From Cystobasidiomycetes sp. EMM_F5 (Eukaryota), in assembly GCA_051047955.1 (NCBI GenBank), contig JBPGPT010000008.1:372001-436000 (forward strand): DNA of 64,000 nucleotides, written 5' to 3'. Under the pieces are notes generated by a model. The model saw only the letters and a list, made by a program, of their open reading frames with translations. It made no database searches and had not been told where the DNA came from. A program made the position numbers and the translations under genes. Positions 13,465-25,696 of the stretch are shown piece after piece. Numbering within the stretch: the first letter of the stretch is position 1; each line of letters begins with the position of its first letter.

Positions 13465-15348
13465 ATGACCGCGAGGAACGATGCTGGAATGCGACACCAT
13501 GAGCGCACGCCGCTGCTCAAGCCGGACGCGCTTAGCGAGGCTGACAACCTTCGCCAGCTCCATGACGTTCAGTCGCCAACTCAGAAACCGCGAAATCTGT
13601 CAGCGACGTCCCCAATCTTCTGGGTCCTCGTCGTTTCATACTCTAGTGTCCTCTTCTTGAATACCGCCAATGCAACAGCCTTGACCACAATCTACGGCAA
13701 AGTCGCAGAGAGCTTCGATGCTTACCAAAGCGCTGCAACATGGCTGAATGCCTCGTATATGGTATGCAACAGACGTGCATTATACCCGTAAAACGCGCTG
13801 AGAGGGAAGCTTCACCACAGATTGCATCTGCCTGCACAAATCCTCTGGTGGGACGCCTTGCCACACTGTTTCGGCCGACATCGCTCTTCCTTGTGTGCAC
13901 GCTGCTTTTCACGACAGGCGCAGCCATCACGGGCGTGGCCTCTAGTCTGGACATGTTTCTCGTCGGCCGCGTCATTGCGGGCTGCGGCGGCGCAGGCTTG
14001 TTCACTACGTGCAATATTCTCCTTCTCGAAGGAGCGCCGGAGAAGCGTCGAGGTGTTTTGATTGGCATAATCAATGCCGTCATGACCGTGGGTAGCTGTC
14101 TAGGGCCAGTAATCGCAGGCGCACTGTCTACGTCTTCATGGGGATGGGTGAGACTCGTTGTATTGCGTCTCTACATGGTACCAAGCTGACTCGCATACAG
14201 CGGCCTACTTTCCTGTTTCAGGTTCCCATATCTATCACAGCCACTGTTTGTATACACTGGTTCTCTCCGACTGCGGAGGCTAAATTCGGTGGATTTACGC
14301 TAATTGACAAGATCAAAATGATTGACTGGTTTGGCATCGTGTCGCTGGTGAGGTTCGGCGCGAAAAGGATTGGAAATGCTTGCTGAATACTTCGTTGCAG
14401 ACGGCTGGCCTAGTACTACTGCTACAAGCGACAGTTGCCCCAGTGTTCTCGCCTATCGAGCTACTGTCAGGCGGAAGCGTGCTGTTAGTGTTTGCGATAG
14501 GCGAGGCCAACTTTGCACAGCTACCTATCATACCGATGCGGACTCTACTGCATTTTCCTACGTTCTTCAACAGCTTGTCTACCATGTGCACCATGGGCGC
14601 GAGGTGGGCTGTACTCTTTTACGCTCCTATCTGGTCAATCGCCGTTCTTGGCTTCCACCCTGCCAAAGCTGGTGCTGTACTCATTCCTGCATCGATCGGC
14701 TTTGGCCTCGGAGGTGTACTCGTGGGCTGGATTTCCGTTAGAAGCTCGCGACGGTACTACCTGCAGAGCCTCGCAAGTATCGCATTGTTTGCGTGCACAT
14801 ACGTAGCATTCATTCGACTGCCTACTGCTGCCTCGCAGACAACGTACGCTCTCCTGCTGGTAGCGAATGGCCTTTGTCTTGGCGCCGTTCTCAACTACGG
14901 CCTAGCGCACATCTTGGCTACCACGAGGGAAAAAGCCATTGTGGCAGGTCTCTTCACGACCTTTCGCGGTTTATCACCGTCGATTGGTGCAGGCATAGCT
15001 GGTGGGGTTTTACAGCGCGTCATCGAACGTTCGGTCCGCTCGAGCTTCGCAAATCATCAACTATCGCACGGCATGCCGGTACACCTCACACCGCCTGACC
15101 TTGCATTGATAGAGCGGTTGAAGGGGTCTCCTACATATGTGTGGCAACTGCCAGAAGGCTGGCAAAAGCAAGCCGGTATACTGGCATACGAGGAAGCGAT
15201 CAACCGTATATTTCTGATAGCTTTGTGCGCTGTGGGCATCGGATTCGTAACCATGGCGCTCACTATTGTGAGTACGACAGAGGAAAAGGTAGAGAAGAAT
15301 GTAGAATCAACTTCATCAAGAGAAGAAGAGTTGCCCGGGCCTTCATAG
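13465..15348 (+). CDS. MFS transporter (DHA2 / vacuolar basic amino-acid transporter-like)
   Basis: ERTPLL dileucine-type N-terminus, WLNASY, PLVGRLA, GRVIAGCGGAG, GPVIAGAL...WGW, and many TM segments. Confidence 0.88.
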
Positions 15349-15466
15349 GACGGGAGTTCTGCGTAATCCAAAAGCGCCATAGTGCAGTAGAAGTAAGCAG
15401 AGATGGCAATTGACGCATTGTATCATGGTCGAGGTGTATTAGTGAAACGAGGGGAGGTGTGAAGCT

Positions 15467-16376
15467 CTACGAGGCATCCTTTGGCACCAGTTTGCCGTTG
15501 CGCTCCACTAGTCCCAGCCTTTTCGAAACCCTGTCAGATTTGCCAAGCAGAATCACGGATATACGATACTCACCGTTCAAGATCCAGCTGTCCGTCCTTT
15601 GTCAACGCAGCCTTGATCATATCAAGTAGAGCCTTCTTGCGTGGGTCATCGTCGTCATCGCTTTCGAGTTCGCTCTCGTCTTCGTAGGACCCTTGGCTGT
15701 CTTCGTCGTCTTCATCTTCCTCTTCATCGTCATCTTGTCCGGTACCTTCCTCATTGCCAGATTCGTCTTCGCTGTTTACGTTCTGACGAGGTTCGTCACT
15801 CCTTCGTGCATCCTCTTCATCGATGGCTTGTTCGGCGTCATCGGCTTCCATATCGTTTTCTGACGCGTCTTCAGTGGACGCTTTCCTACACAAAGCCTCG
15901 TAGCGAGCCTTGTACGCTTCTACCAGTTCTGTGTTTGCTGCAGCGGTAGATGAAAGCTTGCCCAGACTCCTCATCCGAGCGCCGTACGCTACATCGTGCA
16001 GGGCTTCCCAATCTGGCCTCACTTTAAAGTCGCGGTCCTGCTTGCGATAGAGAACGTATGCGTTTCCAGTCACCGTTGCAGCTTGAGCATCGGATGCCAG
16101 TTGTAACACGTCGTTTGCCAGGCGGTTTACGCGTGCTTCATCTGGACTATCCGTAGCACTATAGACGAGCACGATGTCGTTGTCGGTGTCGTCACCATCC
16201 TCAAGCAGCCGACTGAATGGCACTTGCTGCACGCGAATGCTGCTCCTTTCATCCTCGGTAAACAAGGACGCGTAAAGATCTGATGCGTCGCCGTTACTCG
16301 AAGACGGAGCCAGGACTTCGCGAGCTTCAGCAGTCGCACCGCAAGGTAGGAAGACTGCAGACTGTTGCAAAGCCAT
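15467..16376 (-). CDS. Hypothetical protein with a long acidic tract
   Basis: 268-codon exon with a D/E-rich region, then a GTGAGT donor near 15573 and a short in-frame last exon (LGLVERNGKLVPKDAS*). Confidence 0.65.
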
Positions 16377-16746
16377 GTATAATCAGATGGAGCTTTGTGA
16401 AGGTGATAGCTTCACTGCAACAAACCATCATGATATACCAATACGTTGATCGGGCTTCACCTATCAAAAGCAGGACTTGCAAATGGAAAGTGAGCCTCTC
16501 TGTTCTAATGCCATCTGCCATTTCACTACCCGTGTTGCCTGCTGTGCTGTTCAATGCAAATTCTGCTGATGCACTGCCTGACGTTCCTTTCCGCCATGTG
16601 ACGGCCAAAAAAGGAGTGAAAAGCCGCTAGATGCCTATGAGCAGTACAAGCCTTGGACTGATTGAGAATGCATCTCTCTCCTTTCCACAACACTCTTCCA
16701 TCCTCTACTCGCACTGACCTGCTAACCTATCACCACGACCAAACGC

Positions 16747-19129
16747 ATGGCTGACGAGATGGCAGCAACTCCGGTCACAAATGGCAACGGGCACCTGCCA
16801 GAAGAGGTCACAATCAGCGACTACCTGTAAGCAATCAGGGTAGTCCACTTGGACACGTATAGCTCACCCTACCCACATAGGCTCACGCGGCTAGTCCAAG
16901 TCAACGTCAAGCGAATCTTCGGCGTGCCAGGTACGGACAGCCGTGCCTTGATAGACAGATGCCCTCTAATGAGCTAAGCCGACATTTCTACCAGGCGACT
17001 TCTTTCTCCGATTCCTCGACTATGTGGAGGACCATCCGAGCATCGAATGGATAGGTGGATGTAACGAATTGAACTCTGCTTACGCCGCCGATGGCGAGGC
17101 GAGACTCAAACAGGGTCTTGCCGTAGTCGCAACGACTTTTGGCGTCGGTGAACTTTCTTGCGTAAATGCATTCGCAGGCAGCTATTCCGAGCACGTCCCT
17201 GTCCTACACATCGTCGGAGTCCCCTCGACTGGCTTACAGTCTAAAGGAGCAATGCTGCACCACACACTCGGTGACGGTCGCTTCGATGCCTTCCAGAATG
17301 TATACGCCAACATTACATGCGCAACTGCCCATATCAAGCGTCCCCAAGAAGCCGGTCAAGAGATTGATCGCGCAATCTTCGAAGCCCTCAAACACAACAA
17401 GCCGACATACCTGACACTACCTACCGATCTTGTTGATGCGAAGATTTCCGCTGCTCCTCTTCGTACCCCAGTAACTCAGCAGAGCATCAACCGATTGCTT
17501 TCCGCTCCAGGCGTCGAAGCTGATGTCGAAGATGCAATCATCAAGAAGATATGCCGGATGTACGCACGCGCCGAACGACCCTGTATTCTGGTTGATGCAG
17601 GTGTCTTGCGATTCCGCATAATCAAAGAGACGAGAAGTCTGATAGATGCAACAGGAATGGTGAGGTGGCAAGGGGAACTCATATTCCAACTGTACTGACG
17701 TAGTTGTACAGACTTTCTTCAGCTCGCCTATGGGCAAGACTGCTATTGATGAAGATCACCCTCAATTTGGAGGAATATACGTAGGAAACAGTCAGTATAA
17801 GCTACAGACATGTCAGACTTTGGCTGAACAAGCTTTGATCAGTCACGCTACCGACTGTAAAGGACGCTTTTGAAGATAGTGACTTCTGCCTCATCATTGG
17901 TGGCCTGAAGACTGATTTCAATACGGCAGTACGTAGATTCAGTGCAAGCTGTGCCTTCATTTGTTGACAATAGTTCTTCGATCCAAATCAGAGCTTCTCG
18001 TACCGCATATCACCAAACGGCTTGGTCGAGCTACATCATGACCGCACTTTGATTCAGTATGCCACGTACCCTAATGCTGGCTATCGCTCGCTTCTGCCCA
18101 AGCTCATTCCGGAGATGGCTAAGGTGTCAAAGGAGAAGAATCCAGCGCATTTCGTAACTCGTGCCGCTCATGGAGGCTTGACTTTGTCGGCAAAAGGCGA
18201 CCCTTCGCGGAAAAACCAGATGATTACGCATGATGAGTTTGTGAGTTCGGCGAAGAGGCCGTCGTAAACAGTCGATACATGTTGCTGATGATAACCGTTG
18301 TAGTGGCCTTTATGGGCATCGTGGTTCAAGCCCATGGATGTAGTCGTCTCGGAGATCGGTACGGCATCGTTTGGATTGCTAGACTGTCAGTTCCCGGCTG
18401 GAAGTACAATGCTGTCCCAAATACTGTGGGGATCTATCGGATGGGCCTGCGGTGCTACGTTGGGTGCAGCACTAGAAGCCAGAGATCAAGGTCGACGGAC
18501 TATTCTCTTCTCCGGCGATGGCAGCACGTAAGCATGCGCAAGTAAGCATCATTACAATGGATATCTGATTTGCTTGGATTACAGTCAATTGACTGTGCAA
18601 GAGATTTCGACCATGATCCGGCATAAATTGAACCCTATCATCGTGTAAGTCAATATCAGCGTCCGCAGAAAATGAAATTCTGACGATATTGTGCCACCAG
18701 TATCCTCAACAACAGTGGATACGTTGTGGAACGCTTGATCCACGGACCAACCAGGAAGTACAACGACATTCAGTTGTGGCAATGGCAGAAGCTCCTGGAG
18801 GTATTCTCGCCAGAGCCAGGGTCGTACGCAAGCTATCGCACGAACGACCGAGAGGAGCTCGAAGCACTGCTAGCCAACGAGGATTTTAACCGAGCGGACA
18901 AGATTCAGTGAGTTGCGAGTCTGTCTTCAACGAAAATTACAATTGTATTGACGTCTGTATGCTCAATGAGGCTTGTCGAGTGTATCCTCGGTGGGATGGA
19001 CGCTCCTCGGGCGCTTATGGCGGTGAGCAGATACTTTCAATGTTAGTATTGCCCATCACTGATGCCTACGGCCTCTCGCAGCAAGCAAACATGGTTACGA
19101 ATGCCAATAAGCCTGTCGATTCGGATTAA
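16747..19129 (+). CDS. PDC: ThDP-dependent pyruvate / 2-keto-acid decarboxylase (many introns)
   Basis: [46 protein letters not shown]...[15 protein letters not shown]hDP-binding motif. Confidence 0.93.
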
Positions 19130-19520
19130 CCATCAATATTGTCACAATATCTCGACGCGTATGATTACGTGTAGAATAGGAAGAGCATGCTGTTCGTCGT
19201 CAGAACCCGGAAGCAGTAGTTCTCGGTGACTTCCCACTACTTATCGGATGACCCTTGCCGAAAGAGACCTCATCACGTGCATTTTCGGACCTGAGAGCTT
19301 TGATAGTGCGCGCAGTGCACATGCTTTACGCGAAGCAGGCGATGTGATAGGCTCACTGCACTTGCCTGAAACCCGACTGTGTACACCCGTAGTCCCTTCC
19401 GCAAACTCGTCCGGCTCTCGTGATCAGGCTTCTTTTCCCGCATAAACACAGCACTGCTGATCCAGCGTTCCCGCTTGCTTTTCTATATTGCAATAATCTG
19501 GCTATCCAAGTGAAGTTATC

Positions 19521-20801
19521 ATGAAGTTCTCGCTCACTTCTCTGGCCGTCGCCGCAAGCTTCGTTAGTGCTTCCGTCAATATCCTGCTCACTAACGATGA
19601 GTAAGTTGCATAGGGCCCTTATGATTGAGCAAAGCTGATGCTTTGAAACTAGCTCCTGGGGTACTGCCAACATCAGAGAAACAAAGCGAGCTTTAGAAGC
19701 TGCCGGGCACAAGGTTCTTTTGCTTGGTCCCCTAGAGAATCAAAGTGGCGTAGGAGGAGCGGTTATTCTGCCAACCAGCAATGTCAGCTCTACTGGGGGA
19801 CTGTATGGGTACGTCTCCATCAAGGTACTTTACTTCGATCCGCAAAGCGTCTAATTCTTCTATTTATTTTTCGGATTTCAAGCTTCGCTATGCCCGGCGC
19901 AAGCTATTATGGCTTCAATCAATCAGATAACTCCATACGCTATTTCAACGGGACCCCAGCTGCCGCGGTAGCGATTATTCCTTCATTTATTGCATATTCT
20001 GCATATTCTGAGGCTTCCTTCCACTTTCTCCGCATAACAGGCGCTCTGGGGCTTGAACAAAGCTCAGGATTTCTTCGCACCAGGTGTCATTGACCTTGTA
20101 GTGTCTGGTCCAAACGAGGGAACCAATCTCGGACCCCTTGTATGGACGCTGAGCGGTACCTGCGGGGCGGCTTATACGTCCGTGATGTACGGCACGCCGG
20201 CAATTGCTTTTAGCGCCAGAAACAGCTCGCACAGATCATATCTGCAGTACAATCCTAATGACAAGAACGATTCATCCGTCATCGCCGGCGCCCTCATTGC
20301 TCAGCTCGTAACTTCGTTGGACGGATCTTGGAATCGCACCGGAAACAATACCATCTTGCCTCTCGGTAGTGGTCTCAATGTCAACTTCCCCTACTTAAAC
20401 GGCTCGTGTACAAGCCCACCCTTCGTTCGCACAAGATTCACTGGAGGAGCTGTCACCGACGATTTCGTCATCAATTCCAGTGGCTTCCCCACATATGTCG
20501 ATCTCGTGCGCCCAGGCTTGAACAAGTGCGTTACCGGCGACTGCTCCCTGCCGGGAGAGACAGATGTTGTCAAGACCTGCCGCAGCTCCGTGTCTGTATT
20601 CATGGTGAGAAAGATGACATCGATTTTGCATTTCTCGAAATTGACACTTCAGCCTCGCAGGTCGACCCCGATGCTACCACAGATTTAGCACAACCAGTCA
20701 ATAGCTTTATTGACAGCAAATTGGTACCCTTGAACAAGCAGATGCGAATGAAGCGGTCTTTAGCCGAGGAAGGACGACTTGGTCGACGCAAGGCTCTATA
20801 G
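19521..20801 (+). CDS. Secreted SurE-family acid phosphatase / 5'-3' nucleotidase
   Basis: Signal peptide then NILLTNDD, NQSG, NGTPAA, DLVVSGPNEGTN, SGT, LNVNFP, which are SurE motifs. Confidence 0.9.
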
Positions 20802-21025
20802 ATGAGCGCTCTCAAGCCGACACAGAGTACTTAGTGGGAAAATCCGTCAGTCAAGTTGACGTAAAAAGATAATTAGCCGCTCGCAACGTAAGGATAGGGA
20901 GGCGCAGGTAACATTCGTTGTGCAGCGAGATACCTTTAGTACAACATCAGTGACTAGTAATGCACAGTCTTTGTTCTTTCTTGTCGACGAGTTGGACGGG
21001 ATTTCGGCAGCTCCAGCATTTCATA

Positions 21026-22096
21026 TCAGAAAACTTGTGGTGACTGTCCTCCGGGGGCGTCTGTTAGAGGTACTGAGAGCAAATATTTTCAGCACAACAC
21101 GCCTGCGGATTGTGCTATGACGCACCATATTGAACTCTGCCAAAGCCAAAACATCGTAAGCCTGGTGTCAGAAGACTGGAAATGTGCTCACCCAAACAGT
21201 TTTTCCTTCGTCACGTTGCCGCTTGCGTCTTTGCTGATTGACCACACAGCTTGAGAGGATGTCCCAATCGGTATAAACATTCGACCACCTGGTCGCAACT
21301 GCTCAACTAAAAGTTGCGGCAGAATTGGAGCAGCAGCGCCGACGTGGATGACATCGTAAGGCGCGTCAGGTGGATACCCTTTGCGACCATCACCTGTGAC
21401 GATGCTGATGGCTCCAGATTCCATCGTCGACGCGTGCTTGTCTTTCCGAAGGTTATTCTCGCTCAGAGCTGTCAGTTCCTGAAAGACTTGCCGTTAGCTT
21501 GCAGTGACGTGTTATCCTCTTGTGCACACGAGCAGGACCTTGATGTGGTCAATGCCAACCCTGTACACAGGTCAGAAGGGTCTGATTGAACGTTGAATAC
21601 AGCGCACACTTTGCCGCCGGGCTGCACTAGCTCGTGCAGGATGCCAATAAGGTACTAGGCTTCGCATCAGAGTGAGCGCAAGAGACGACCAAACGCATCA
21701 CGCTCACGCCGCTTCCGCAACCAACATCAAGCACCTTGGCGCCTGGCTGCAGATGCTCTGCCAGATGCTCAAGAGCGTGCGCATGCCTGTCGAGTATTAC
21801 GAACGGTCAGACACTCTAAACTTGACAGGCTTGATGCATACATATGTGGTGCAGAGATGGTTGCATTGTGGCCTATGTATTGCGGAGCATCCATGTAGGG
21901 ATCATCCGCTTTAGCAACGTAATGCTTCAAATCATCAGATTTCATCAGCCTGATATGGTCATAGCTGCTACTTTGGACAGACTTTACGGTCTGTTGCTTT
22001 CATTGCTTCGCGTATTCTCGTGCTCCTGATTATGCCGGCATTGTAGAGGTTGTCGACTAGCTGGTCGTTGGAACTGCCGCTGCATCTCCAAGCCAT
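21026..22096 (-). CDS. PCM1: Protein-L-isoaspartate O-methyltransferase
   Basis: MAWRCSGSSNDQLVDNL, ATISAPHMHA, LDVGCGSG, GDGRKGYPPDAPYDVIHVGAAA, QLRPGGRMFIP, GVQYVPLTD. Confidence 0.95.
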
Positions 22097-22248
22097 CTTG
22101 AACAGTTGGCGACGGATGGAGTGAGCCAGACTGCTGAGAAGAGATTTTAGGCGGTTGGAGCAGTATCAAGCCAAGTTAGATTGACCAAGTTCGGAGCAAA
22201 TACGGCGCACCTGCCTGCGCCTTTGCCTTCAAAACGACTGCAAGCAGC

Positions 22249-22835
22249 ATGCAAGACATAGTAAAGATACTGAAAGAAAGAGGCGATTCTGCCGAAACTC
22301 TTCCCCCGCTGACTGCTAAACGGCCATGGGACCCAGAGCTGACATCGCGGATCAATGGAGACGGTCAGATCAAGCCGGTTCTGCAAGCTGGTGAGTGGAG
22401 GGCAGCATTCATGCTCTAGGTACTGAGGAATTCATGGCGAGCAGCCTTGCACCTCTTGAACGATGATGTCACTTCGGCGCACAATATAGCCCAGGCTCAC
22501 GAAGAGAGCATGACTGCCAATCTGACGCACGCGATTCTGCACAGGCGAGAGCAAGATTACTGGAATAGCGTGAGCTCCTCATCACACCTGCCGCTGGCTG
22601 GTATTTGATATATAAGGTGAACTAGAAATGGTGGTTGTCCCGCATATCGCATCCGCTACTGAAGGAAATCCACGGCGGGGTCAAAGGCGCAAAGGCCTTT
22701 GTAGACACTGTCGAAACGTCTGAAAAGTCAAAGCTATCCAAAGAATCAACGCAGCTTCAGCGCAAACAGTTTGAAGAGCTACTCGCTCTGGTCAAATATG
22801 CAGCTACCGAATGCGATACTCCGTTAACTCCGTAA
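22249..22835 (+). CDS. Conserved hypothetical protein with LHLLNDD...HAILHRRE.DYWNSKWW motif (3 exons)
   Basis: Spliced model MQDIVKILKERG...VLQAALHLLNDDVTSAHNIAQAHEESMTANLTHAILHRREQDYWNSKWWLSRISHPLLKEIHGG...TP*. Confidence 0.75.
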
Positions 22836-23547
22836 AGAAGGGATGTGTAACGGCATTCGTGCGACGACGGTCGCAGTGAATCGCAAGCTCTCATTGCGAC
22901 CGTGGCTGGACATACAGAACGATTTTGGTGTCAGGCTCCAACCGAGCAAATCCGACGACTCTTTCCCTTTACTCCGACGATTATACAACCTGCAGACATC
23001 GATGCGAAGAAGCTACATCGTGCATGAGGCGGCTACTCTTGCCTGGTATGCGGCGCCTCTACAATATGCAAAGCAACAATCATTGCCGCCTTATACAGCG
23101 GTCTCTTAGCGAAACCACCTGTACTCGACTGCGACACTAACCTGGGTAGGAGTTCCATCCGACCGCGCTCAAGTCCTCAAACTGTTGGCACCAGGTTGAA
23201 TGGCAGAGCTTTCCGAGTCATTGGCTCTCAATCCCGAGTATGGATTCACGAATTCGAAACGTCCCTCTTCGCAAGCCGAATTTGCGTAGCTCAGCTATCT
23301 TGCCAGCATTGCCTGCTCTGCTGCTCACCTAGCGCTCGTCGCGAGCTCGGGGCCGTGCAGGTCCGTACCTGAAACTGCCACGCGCTAGCCCGTCATGCGG
23401 TGCCTGAGCACAGCTGCAGCGACATCTTCTTAGCCTTAAAAGCTGCTTGCTTTGAGCTCTCCTTTCTTTCTTCTCATCACCAACAATCTCATTCAGCACT
23501 CCCAAAAGCTTCTGCCCCACTCTACACCCTTCACACCACACTTCATC

Positions 23548-24192
23548 ATGCACTTCGCAACCATCATCCCAGCTGCCCTTGTCGCTGCTTCCGTGGCTGT
23601 CGCAGCTCCATTGAGACGTGATGGTCCTTGTAAGCATTTGATCCTCTCCGCTAGCTCGAGAGTCTTGGCTGAGAGTTGGATTGTTATCAGCTGGCCAGGT
23701 CATCTCGCCTGCTGGTGGCGCGAGCATCTCTGCTACCACAGGCTATCCCGACGGCAAGATCCAGTAAGTGCAGCAGCTATTTGCAGGCGCATAAAATTTA
23801 GCGGCAGTCCTGACAATCGCCATGCAGCTTCGTCTACCAATCCGTCTTCCAGTCAAAAACAGATGATTGCGCCTACTTTAGCTGCCAGGCCAACACTGAG
23901 AGCGTACAAGTCATTCTTGTCAACAACGGCAACTCTTACACTGTATGTTGCGCTTAGTTCTTCGGTGCTTGTCAGCACCACGTCCTGACTTCCGTTCTTT
24001 CAGCTCGCCGACCGCCTTGCCCCACCCAGCAACCTGGAAGTATCCAATATCGACACCTACCTCAGCATTCCGGCCAATGTTTGCGGTTCTGCGCAGGTCA
24101 TAGTCACCGAAACTCAAAACCTTTGGGGCCAGCAGATCACATTCAAGTCGGCCGCGCCGTCCATCCAGATCAACTGCTCTCCTCTTCCGTAG
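23548..24192 (+). CDS. Small secreted 4-Cys protein, family copy D (dispersed)
   Basis: MHFATIIPAALVAASVAVAAPLRR|DGP...INCSPLP*; DNA nearly identical to copies A and C, including introns and ~210 bp upstream. Confidence 0.85.
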
Positions 24193-24531
24193 TCTACGTT
24201 CGTTAGCCTCATCTATGTCCGCTAAAAGACTGAGATCAGTCATTTGTTAGACTAGCTTTTTAGTAAAACATTGCCGCCAGTGGCCTGCAGGCCATACACG
24301 CAAAGGCATATTCTTGCATAGAGCTTCGCTGACTTGTACGGCGCGTATCAGAAATCACTTCATGATCACTATTGTGCTTGGTCGCTATGGTTACCCAGAC
24401 AATTGAAGCCGAAGACCATACTGGTTCCCTTTTTCCATGCGACTATGATACAACGAGCAGAGTGCACTGATATACCCTGGAAGTAACCCAACTCCGCGCA
24501 ATCCATCCCTGTCTTTGCCTAACGTATCAGT

Positions 24532-25696
24532 CTATTGGAATACTCGGACGTAGTTGACCTCCCAGTACGCTTCGTTGAAGTTGCTCGGGTTCGTGACGCG
24601 CTGGGCACACGTGCCCGGGCACCCTCCAGCACTGTAGGTAGCACCAGCCCAATCACCGCACAAGGTAGTATCAAACACGATTGTCTGATCGCCGAAATAG
24701 CTGTCCATGTTTGAGCATCCACCACTGTTGCGGAAGAAGGCGCGAGGCTTGCCCCAGTTGGAAGGGTTGGGAACCTGAGCTTTGAGGTCGCCTGGGATAT
24801 TTCCGCGAGGGAAGAACCAGACTTGGATACCATCGTCGTTCCACAATGTGGCAAAGACACCTCCACCCTGGGCATTGAATTGCTTGCCGTACGACTTTGT
24901 AGAGCCGTCCTTGATACCGCAGCCGGTATTTGAGTTGTAGAATGCATCACAGCTCGATTGTAACATGGAACCAGCATAGCCGGAAGAGGAACCTTGATCA
25001 CATCCTGGTCGAGTATGCAGCGTCATTTGATTGTTTTCTTGGTTGTTGACGCCTTCTACAATGTCAATCTCGCCTACAAGAAGGACAGATGTCAGTGCTA
25101 GTCACTGAGTGTTAATGAAGCTTTGCCTTACCCCCATAAGGCCAATTAGCACCAACAGTCCAAAATGCGGGCCACGTCGCACACCCAGTTGGCATGTGGA
25201 CTGCGTCCAGGACTAGCAGATTGTATTTTTGGAACGGAGCGTTGGAAGTGATGCGAATGGAGTCGCGATTCGTGCCTTCAGACAGCCAAGACCAGTTGTC
25301 GACCTTCATGATTGCTGTCCCGCTCCCTGTGATTGAAATCAAGCCTTTGTTCCAGGCATTGCCGGCATCCTGGTAGTTGACAGCACCGTTTGTAGGGTCC
25401 GCCCAGCTGAAGAAGCTCCATCCGCTGAAGAAGTTTTTGCCTAGATAGATAGAGCGACAAGAGGTTTAGTCTGAGACTGACTGCGTTCAAGGCGAGGAAA
25501 TCTCACCTTGGTAATTTGTCTTTAAAGACATTGCTGCTCGCTTTTCGGTTCTTTCCCATGGATCTGGTTGGTATGGTGCTGTCTGACCCATCATTGCGGC
25601 ACCCATGCCAACATCCATCTCGCTTGCAGAAGCAAGAGAAGTCAGTGCCATAAAGGCAGAGCTGAAGAGTGCTGCCTTTGATGTCGAGGCAAACAT
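24532..25696 (-). CDS. Secreted GH16 endo-1,3(4)-beta-glucanase (Lam16A-like)
   Basis: Signal peptide, DPTNGAVNY, HMPTGCATWPAFW, GEIDIVEG catalytic motif, MTLHT, FDTTLCGDWAG. Confidence 0.93.

Noticed and set aside
22843..23330. Short ORFs next to dispersed secreted-protein copy D as a possible transposon remnant
   Set aside because: No transposase or RT motifs, terminal repeats or target-site duplication visible.
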